A stretch of DNA of 64,000 nucleotides from Streptomyces thermolineatus (lineage in GTDB: Bacteria > Actinomycetota > Actinomycetes > Streptomycetales > Streptomycetaceae). Below, in pieces: positions 57,891 through 64,000 of this stretch (position 1 is the stretch's first letter; every line of letters starts with the position of its first letter). Both the position numbers and the translations under genes were made by a program. The DNA lies in the NCBI RefSeq assembly GCF_039533165.1, contig NZ_BAAATA010000012.1; one strand, 5' to 3'. Below the pieces are notes generated by a model. The model searched no databases, was not told where the DNA came from, and saw only the letters and a list, made by a program, of their open reading frames with translations.

Positions 57891-58939
57891 GGGAACAGCC
57901 GCCTCCAGGTCTCGGGGCCGGGGAAGCCGTCGGCGTCCGGGCCGGACCATCCCTGGGCCCGCTGGAACGCCGCGACGTTGCGACGGTCGGCCTCGCTCCA
58001 GGTGCGGGAGGGGCCCTGCCGGTAGTGGGCGGCGAACCCTCGGTGCACCAGGCGTTCGCCGAGGAGCAGCACGTGGTCCCCGTGGCGGCCCGGGCCGAAG
58101 CGGCCGGCGCCGGGAAAGGCTCCGCCGTACGGGGGGCCGCCGTGGTACGAGGAACCGCCGTCGTACGGGGAGCCGTCGTACGAGGGGCCGTCACCGTCCG
58201 GGGGGCCGTCGGCCCCGGAGGAGGAGCCGGTGTCCGGCGGGCGCTCCTGCGCGCCCTCCTCGACCACGTGCTTGTAGCGGTAGGGGAGGTACTTGCCGGA
58301 GTCGTCCCAGTAGGCGTACGGGGTCGCCTGCTTGCGGGCGTGGGGACGGGCGGCCTCGTAGGCGACGTACCAGGAGCGGGAGGAGTCGGCCCACCCGCCG
58401 AAGAGGGTCACGTGCGAGCCGTCCCGGGGGTTCGCCGGGTCGTGGTGGAGCAGCATGTCCCCGGGGCGCAGGTCCTCGCGGGCGATCCGGACGGCGTACT
58501 CGTCCAGGCTCCCGGTCCACTCGTTGGACCCCAGGCCCCAGGCCATGGAGACGAAACCGGAGCAGTCCTGCCGGTAACCGTCCGACCAGGTGCGGGACAT
58601 GCTGTACGGGACCGCGGCGTCGGTCCACCGGGAGGCCCGCTCGATGATCTGCGTGCGGGTCAGCCTCATGGGGGTGTGGGCGGCCGGGGCGGACGCCGTC
58701 CCGGTCCGCTCGGTCGCGGGGGCGGCCGCTTCGGGAGCGGCCGCGGCGTGCGCCGCGCCGGTGCCGACGGCCGTTCCCAGCACCGTGACCGCCACCGTCG
58801 GCACGGCGGGACGCCACGGCACCGGGACGGGGGCCGGCGGGGCCGTCCGGGCCCACCGGTCGGCGAGGCGGCCGCGGGCGCAGTCGTCGCACGGGCAGTC
58901 GGACGGAGGGTCCGTCTCGAGGAACTCCGGCATCTCCAT
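57887..58939 (-). CDS. secreted NlpC/P60-family cysteine peptidase with C-terminal peptidoglycan-binding (PG_binding_1-like) domain
   Basis: The catalytic Cys context is [15 protein letters not shown] and the His context is [11 protein letters not shown]. The C-terminal PG_binding_1-like region is [17 protein letters not shown]...[27 protein letters not shown]. There is a 4-bp overlap with the SPFH gene. Confidence 0.65.
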   Translation of the reverse strand: MEMPEFLETDPPSDCPCDDCARGRLADRWARTAPPAPVPVPWRPAVPTVAVTVLGTAVGTGAAHAAAAPEAAAPATERTGTASAPAAHTPMRLTRTQIIERASRWTDAAVPYSMSRTWSDGYRQDCSGFVSMAWGLGSNEWTGSLDEYAVRIAREDLRPGDMLLHHDPANPRDGSHVTLFGGWADSSRSWYVAYEAARPHARKQATPYAYWDDSGKYLPYRYKHVVEEGAQERPPDTGSSSGADGPPDGDGPSYDGSPYDGGSSYHGGPPYGGAFPGAGRFGPGRHGDHVLLLGERLVHRGFAAHYRQGPSRTWSEADRRNVAAFQRAQGWSGPDADGFPGPETWRRLFP

Positions 58940-59001
58940 GGTCCCTTGTTACCCGGATCATCACAGGATCCCGGGGCGACACCAGCGCGCATCCGTGTGG
59001 A

Positions 59002-59042
59002 CCTGACGAGGCGTCGGAGGATCCTTCCGACGCGGCGTCAGG
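59002..59042. repeat. 41-bp near-perfect palindrome centred on GATC
   Basis: The sequence is CCTGACGAGGCGTCGGAGGATCCTTCCGACGCGGCGTCAGG. It lies between the NlpC/P60 gene start and the Tn3 transposase fragment. Confidence 0.8.
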
Positions 59043-59370
59043 TCGGAGCGACCGTCCGGACCCTGTTCTCCCGAAGCCACGACGAAGTCAGGTGACGATC
59101 CACCGGCACGTCGAGAAGAAGTCGCTGCGCCTCTACGACCGGCTCAAGTCCTGCTCTGTCTCCGAGGTGGCGGCGATGATCGTGGGCGTACTGCGGCACT
59201 GCACGGATGTGGAGATCGACCGGCAGTACACCGACACGCACGGCGCCTCCGTCGTCGGGTTCGCCTTCGCCCACGTGCTCGGCTTCAACCTGTTGCCCCG
59301 GTTGAAGAACGTCGGCTCGACGCGGCCGTGCCGGCCGGCGGCCGGGGAGGACGAGAAGTGGCCGAGCCCG
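59040..59370 (+). pseudogene. Tn3-family transposase (TnpA) internal fragment
   Basis: The translation [50 protein letters not shown] matches the highly conserved Tn3 TnpA catalytic-core segment (CTD.EI...Y.DTHG...F...HLLGF.LLPRLKNI). Only ~100 aa of a ~1000-aa protein are present. Confidence 0.6.
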
Positions 59371-59451
59371 GCGCCGGGCCAGGTCACCGGCCGAATCCCC
59401 TGTGCCGATGTTCCGTCTCGCCCTCGAGGGACATCGGCACAGGGGTGCCGT

Positions 59452-61335
59452 TCAGAAGCCGTGGTGGACGGTCCCGGCTTTGGCAACGGCGCCGTGCTCC
59501 AGGCCCTGTGCCTTGAGGATGGCTGCGTATTCACCGCTGGCGATCAGCTTGTCGAGTGCCTTCATGAGTGCGTCGCGCAGGGCCGTGTCCGAGCTGTCCA
59601 CGGCCATGCCCAGCGGGATGTCATCGGTCAGGTCGACTTTGGTCAAGTGGAGTTCGCCGTCGGAGGCTCGTACTTGCTCGACGGCGAAAGGAAGTGCCGT
59701 GATCCTCCCGTGCAGTGTGTCCGTGCGGAGAGCCTCGTCGATCGAGTGCTTTCCGCACAGCTCGGTAGACGTCTTCTTGACCGCCTCCTCGACAAAGCCG
59801 TGGTTCAGGAATGAGAAATTCTTGCCGCAGAGGTCGGCCTTCGACCGGATGCCCTGAGCGGTCTCCCACGGGGCGACGACGGCGTACCCGACGTCGAAGT
59901 AGTGGATGAGGACCAGGTCCTGCTCGTCCCCGTCGAAGTCGTCCGGGCCACCCGGCATGGCCAGGTCGAAGGTTTCCGCAGGCGGACCCGGGGCCAAGGC
60001 ATTTTCGTCCTCCCGGTTCAGGAGGCCGTTGATCATGTCGCTGGGACTCTCGATGTAGAAGAGCTCCACTTTCAGGCCGAGCTGATCACCGAGTGCACGG
60101 GCCAGGTCGGGGCCGATGGTGGGGGTGTCGCCGTCGGACGGGGGTACCGTGCCGTCGTTCACCGCGACCTTGAGGGTTCCCGGTTCCCAGAGGCCGAGTT
60201 TGTTCGTCCGGGCGCTGCTGCGGCTCGGGTCCTCCGACCCTTCCGCGTCGCCGGAGGGGCCTTTGGCGAGGTAGACCGCCGTTACCGTCAGCGCCACGGC
60301 CAGTGCCGCCGCCCCGACGGCCGGCCAGGTCCGCCGGCGCCGGAGCGAGGAGGAGGGCGAGGAAGAGGACGGTACGGAAGACGGGGTGTCGGGTTCGGCA
60401 GCCGGGGCGGTGGTCCTGGCGGTCGGGGCCGGCGGGCCGGCCTCCGGGAGCCGCACGGTCGGTCCCGTGCCCTCCGCGACGGCGGCCAGCATCGCGTCGA
60501 GTCGTTCGGCCGAGGGCCGTTGCGCCGGATCGGCGACGAGAAGCTCCGTCAGCACGGGGGCCAGGGCACCGGCCCGGACAGGCGGTGGTACCTCACCGTC
60601 AAGGACGGCCGCCATGGTGGCAAGCACGGTCGGCCGTCGCATGGGGCTGTGGCCCTCGATGCAGATGTACAGCATGATGCCCAGCGACCAGAGGTCCGAG
60701 GCGGGGTCGTCGTCCTTGCCCCTGATGCGTTCGGGTGCGATGTACTCGGGCGTTCCGATGAGCTCGCCGGTCGCGGTAAGCGCCGTGGATGCGCCCGTGG
60801 CGAGGGCCGGGTCGGTCCGCTGGAGGACGGCGATGCCGAAGTCGGTGAGCACCGCGTTGCCGTCCGGGCGCAGCAGCACGTTGGCGGGTTTCACGTCGCG
60901 GTGGCAGATACCGGCGGCGTGTGCGGTACGCAGTGCGGCCAGCACTTGCCGGCCGATACGAGCGCCCTCCCGGGGTTCCAGTCGCGTCCCCCGGTCCAGG
61001 AGGTCCGCCAGGCTGCCGCCGGACACCAGCTCCATCACGAGCCAGGGGAAGGAGCCCTCGGCGCCCTCCACGACATGATGGATCGTCACCACGTGCGGGT
61101 TGCTGATCCGGGCCAGTGCACGGGCCTCACGCAGCACGCGTTCGCGCAGCACTCCGGAGGCCCCGGCGCCCTCGGGAGCGAGATACGGAGCCGGTGGGGT
61201 GACCTGCTTGACGGCGACCTCGCGGTGCAGCACCAGATCACGCGCCCGCCATACGGTGCCCATCCCGCCGCTGCCCAGCCGCTCCACCAACTCGAAGCGA
61301 CCGTCTATGACTTCACCGCTCCGGCCCTCAACCAT
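59452..61335 (-). CDS. Ser/Thr protein kinase with extracellular solute-binding-protein family-3-like sensor domain
   Basis: The kinase core is [31 protein letters not shown] and DFG. A TM ([20 protein letters not shown]) follows. The C-terminal domain is like SBP_bac_3 ([12 protein letters not shown]...GYAVV...ALPFAVEQV). The sensor-domain DNA is visibly lower in GC than the kinase domain. Confidence 0.8.
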   Translation of the reverse strand: MVEGRSGEVIDGRFELVERLGSGGMGTVWRARDLVLHREVAVKQVTPPAPYLAPEGAGASGVLRERVLREARALARISNPHVVTIHHVVEGAEGSFPWLVMELVSGGSLADLLDRGTRLEPREGARIGRQVLAALRTAHAAGICHRDVKPANVLLRPDGNAVLTDFGIAVLQRTDPALATGASTALTATGELIGTPEYIAPERIRGKDDDPASDLWSLGIMLYICIEGHSPMRRPTVLATMAAVLDGEVPPPVRAGALAPVLTELLVADPAQRPSAERLDAMLAAVAEGTGPTVRLPEAGPPAPTARTTAPAAEPDTPSSVPSSSSPSSSLRRRRTWPAVGAAALAVALTVTAVYLAKGPSGDAEGSEDPSRSSARTNKLGLWEPGTLKVAVNDGTVPPSDGDTPTIGPDLARALGDQLGLKVELFYIESPSDMINGLLNREDENALAPGPPAETFDLAMPGGPDDFDGDEQDLVLIHYFDVGYAVVAPWETAQGIRSKADLCGKNFSFLNHGFVEEAVKKTSTELCGKHSIDEALRTDTLHGRITALPFAVEQVRASDGELHLTKVDLTDDIPLGMAVDSSDTALRDALMKALDKLIASGEYAAILKAQGLEHGAVAKAGTVHHGF

Positions 61336-61717
61336 GTGTGCAGAGTAGTGGGCCCGTCCGTGCCCCGGGCACTACATCGGCCACACGTACCGCAAGGCGT
61401 CTCGGCTCATCCTGCGGTTCGATCGCATTCCGTCGCCGCCCCGGCTTCGGCGCGAAGACCGTCGACGAATACAACGGCCCCGGCCGAGCCGTGGTCGTCT
61501 TTCACCGGTTCTGCCGTTCCACGCAGTGCAGCCCCGGGCGACCGGTCGTCTCCTCACCGGCGATCACTCCCCAGGCCGTTGAGTCCGCGGTCGGAGCGAG
61601 GGCCGACGGGACGGGTTCAGGGTGGGACAGGTTCGGGGTGGGGCGGTACGGGGGTGGGGCCGGGGCGCGCGGCCGGCCGGCGGGAGGCGGCTCCCGGTGT
61701 GTGCCACAGTGGCGGGC

Positions 61718-62146
61718 ATGGAGAACGCCGCCGCCCAGCCCGCGTGCCCTCCCCCGCTTGTCGTGGTGGACGGGGCCAACGTCGTCGGTTCGGTGCCCGA
61801 CGGCTGGTGGCGCGACCGCGCCGCGGCGAACGCGCGCCTGCGCGACGAACTGGCCGGCCTGCCCGCGCGGGGACTGCCGGACCGCGAGAACGTGCCCGGG
61901 TGGGCCGTGGGGACGCCCGTCGAGGTGGTGCTGGTCGTGGAGGGGGCCGCGCGCGGCGTGGCCGGGGTGCCCGGGGTGCGCGTGTCCGCCGCCCCCGGGG
62001 AGGGCGACGACCACATCGTGGAGGTGGTGGCGGGGCGCGAGCCGGGGCGCCGCTGCCTGGTCGTCACCGCGGACCGGCTGCTGCGGACACGGGTCCGCGC
62101 CCTCGGCGCGGAGACCTGCGGCCCGAGGGCCGTCCGCCGCGGCTGA
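61718..62146 (+). CDS. NYN-domain (YacP-like, PIN-like nuclease fold) protein
   Basis: LVVVDGANVVGSVPDGWWRDRAAA...VEVVLVVEG...GDDHIVEVVAG...RCLVVTADRLL matches the NYN/YacP pattern. Confidence 0.55.
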   Translation: MENAAAQPACPPPLVVVDGANVVGSVPDGWWRDRAAANARLRDELAGLPARGLPDRENVPGWAVGTPVEVVLVVEGAARGVAGVPGVRVSAAPGEGDDHIVEVVAGREPGRRCLVVTADRLLRTRVRALGAETCGPRAVRRG

Positions 62147-62466
62147 GCCCTCCCGCGGCGGGTCGGTACCGGTGGGCTCGTGTGTTGAGGAATGAATCTT
62201 CGCCCACCGTTCGGATCAAGGCCGGAGGTCTCAGCGACCCCGGTGACCGGAGGCTCATCGGCTCCAGATCCCACCAGCCTCGGTGACCGGCCCAGTGAAG
62301 GTCTTGTCATGACGGTCGAGGACCTTCGCGATGACGGAGCCGCGACCTGGAGGACGAGCCGGCGGATCGTGGAAGCCCTGCCGCGCTGCGGCGAGAAATC
62401 GATCTCGCGCAGGCGGCCCCGCGAGGTTCCCAGGATCCGGAAGAATCCGGGGAGTGCGACTGGAGA

Positions 62467-63162
62467 TCAGGACACGGCCCAGGCTTCAGCACGCCAACCC
62501 GGTGTCTCCTTGTCCAGCCATTCCTCAACAGTCCTTCGCCAGGGATCCGAAGGATCGCTGGCGGCGACATCGGCCCACGTGTCCTCCGCCATGTCCGGGT
62601 CGACGAACAGGCTGTCGAGGTATGCGTTGAAATCCTCGGCCACCTTCGCGAAGACAGGGCTGTCCAGATACCCGGGGAGGGGGACGGCGTGGACGAACGC
62701 ATGGAGCCGGCCATGAGTGGCCGGGTTCAGGTCCAGGAAGAGGGTGTCGCCGCCACCGTTGCGGGCGATGGGCAACAGACCGGTCGAAGAGACGTTCTCG
62801 GCGAGCCACACGTCGCGGCTGCGCCGGTACTCTCCCAGAAGGGTTCCCCAGCCGTACTCGCCGGCGTCGTCACGGCCCAGCCGGTGGAGATCACCGAAAC
62901 CCTGGAGGGGCTCCGGTTCGCACGCCGGGATACGGATTGTGTAGTCCAGCCTTTCCCCACCCGCACTCTCCAGGAACGCACGATATGCAGGCGGCAGGGG
63001 CGCCCCGGTCTCCCGTTCAAGTGCGTCGCACTCACCCGGGTCGAACGGCCTGAACGGACCGCCCACCAGGCGACCCCGGTACCAACGCGAGAACCCCTCG
63101 GACACGGACAGAGTGTCGCATCCCGCTGTGACGCCCCCCAAGCCACTGTTCACCTCTCGCAC
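62467..63162 (-). CDS. SMI1/KNR4 (SUKH-1) family protein, candidate polymorphic-toxin immunity protein
   Basis: FDPGECDALERETGAPLPPAYRAFLESAGGERL...GLLPIARNGGGDTLFLDL is the classic SMI1/KNR4 signature. Confidence 0.75.
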   Translation of the reverse strand: MREVNSGLGGVTAGCDTLSVSEGFSRWYRGRLVGGPFRPFDPGECDALERETGAPLPPAYRAFLESAGGERLDYTIRIPACEPEPLQGFGDLHRLGRDDAGEYGWGTLLGEYRRSRDVWLAENVSSTGLLPIARNGGGDTLFLDLNPATHGRLHAFVHAVPLPGYLDSPVFAKVAEDFNAYLDSLFVDPDMAEDTWADVAASDPSDPWRRTVEEWLDKETPGWRAEAWAVS

Positions 63163-63246
63163 ACAGCCGTCATTCCCTCCCTCCGTACCTCACGGACGGC
63201 TCACACCCTGCGCCGGGAACCACGGGGAGACCCGCCCGGGCACGAA

Positions 63247-63294
63247 AGGCCGGACGTGGGAGGCCGGACGTAGGAGGCCGGACGTAGGAGGCGG
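63247..63294. repeat. 14-bp tandem repeat x3.5 (AGGCCGGACGTAGG)
   Basis: The repeat was read directly in the intergenic region upstream of the SMI1/KNR4 gene. Confidence 0.8.
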
Positions 63295-63310
63295 CCCCGG
63301 CGGGCAGCGG

Positions 63311-64000
63311 TCAGCGTGGGGCGGTGTTCCGGGCGTAGAGCACGGCGCCGTCCGCCTCGGCGACCCGGTGGTAGTGCTCGTCCAGCAGGCGGCGCACCGT
63401 GGGGATGTGCTCCGGGGCGTACGGGGCGCCCCGCGAGTCGTCGACGACCAGGGCCGGCGGGTGCTCCGCCATGTCCTCCCGGAAGTCCTCCCAGGCGCCC
63501 GGCACCGCGTACCGCTCCCCCACCCGGGCGTCGCCCCGGCCGCCGCTGAAGTTCGTCAGGAAGCCCGCCGTCAGGTGGCGGCCGGCGGGGCGGCGGCCGG
63601 CCAGCCAGTACTGCTCGGGACGCATCCCCCAGACCAGGATCCGGTCCCGCTCCCCGGTGTGCGCCCGGACCTGCTCCGCCACCGCCAGGGAGTGCCGCAG
63701 TCCCTGCGGCTCGGCGAGCAGGCCCCACCCCAGGAACACCGCGGCCGCGGCGGCGCTCCACGCCAGGGCCGGCCGCCGCCAGCGGGGCAGGGCGTCCAGT
63801 GCGCACGCCCCCGCCAGGACCAGCGGCGGCAGCAGTTGCAGGTAGTAGTGGCCGAAGAACTGGAAGCCGGTCGTCACCGCGGCCGCCGAGGCCGCCAGCC
63901 ACAGGAGCGGCGCGCCGCCGACGGCCGGGGCGTCGGCGGCCGGTCCGTCGGCGGCCGGGGGCCGCCGCGCCGCGACCACGCCGGCCGCGACGACCGCCAG
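63311..64000 (-). CDS. membrane glycosyltransferase (GT39/GT83-like) C-terminal portion; gene continues beyond window end
   Basis: The C-terminal TM helices and soluble tail are visible (LLWLAASAAAVTTGFQFFGHYYLQLLPPLVLAGACAL...ILVWGMRPEQYWLAGRRPA...). This is partial and the family assignment is tentative. Confidence 0.4.
   Translation of the reverse strand: MAVVAAGVVAARRPPAADGPAADAPAVGGAPLLWLAASAAAVTTGFQFFGHYYLQLLPPLVLAGACALDALPRWRRPALAWSAAAAAVFLGWGLLAEPQGLRHSLAVAEQVRAHTGERDRILVWGMRPEQYWLAGRRPAGRHLTAGFLTNFSGGRGDARVGERYAVPGAWEDFREDMAEHPPALVVDDSRGAPYAPEHIPTVRRLLDEHYHRVAEADGAVLYARNTAPR

Noticed and set aside
54364-58194. 1276-aa minus-strand ORF antisense to fadB and extending over the SPFH gene
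   Set aside because: It overlaps fadB antisense. Only its 3' part (56715-57890), in the relevant frame, corresponds to a real gene (the SPFH protein). The rest is artefact.
62192-62716. 174-aa plus-strand ORF overlapping the SMI1/KNR4 gene, considered as a toxin partner
   Set aside because: It has no recognisable toxin or other domain. It overlaps the SMI1 gene antisense and covers low-GC DNA with poor coding periodicity.

Overview
This is a high-GC (~70%+) actinobacterial chromosome segment, Streptomyces-like in codon usage, with dense coding on both strands. Most long ORFs in the six-frame track are GC-driven antisense artefacts; the calls below rest on recognisable protein motifs read from the translations. 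All family assignments are from motif-level reading and memory and are not search-verified.

Core content includes trehalose/glycogen genes (glgX, treY, treZ), the coproporphyrin-dependent heme genes (hemE, hemY, hemQ) and fadA-fadB. Also present are murC, msrB, rnd, zapE and two PhoX-like phosphatases. Regulators and sensors include a NarL-type two-component pair, TetR-amidase and MarR-MFS pairs, a WhiI-like response regulator and two Ser/Thr kinases with extracellular sensor domains.

The most unusual feature is a ~14.5-kb accessory insertion (about 12.6-27.2 kb) separating treY from treZ. It carries a Ser/Thr kinase, VOC, TetR/amidase, a junction scar (19-bp tandem triplication plus LysR and Lpd gene fragments), a WhiJ-like XRE/DUF397/ATPase triad, a low-GC orphan ORF, a decayed IS5-family element and an EEP-family secreted enzyme. 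It also carries a GNAT and a STAND-type P-loop NTPase followed by a membrane-anchored periplasmic-binding-protein-like protein, which is a candidate uncharacterised two-gene module.

Other second-look items are:
- a HEPN-like/regulator-domain fusion protein;
- a catalytic-domain-only copper amine oxidase;
- a DUF692/DUF2063 pair without a visible precursor peptide;
- a Tn3 transposase fragment next to a 41-bp palindrome;
- an orphan SMI1/KNR4 immunity gene beside a NYN-domain gene;
- several short GC-rich tandem repeat arrays at gene ends, one of them strongly G-quadruplex-prone.

No rRNA, tRNA or CRISPR arrays were recognised.
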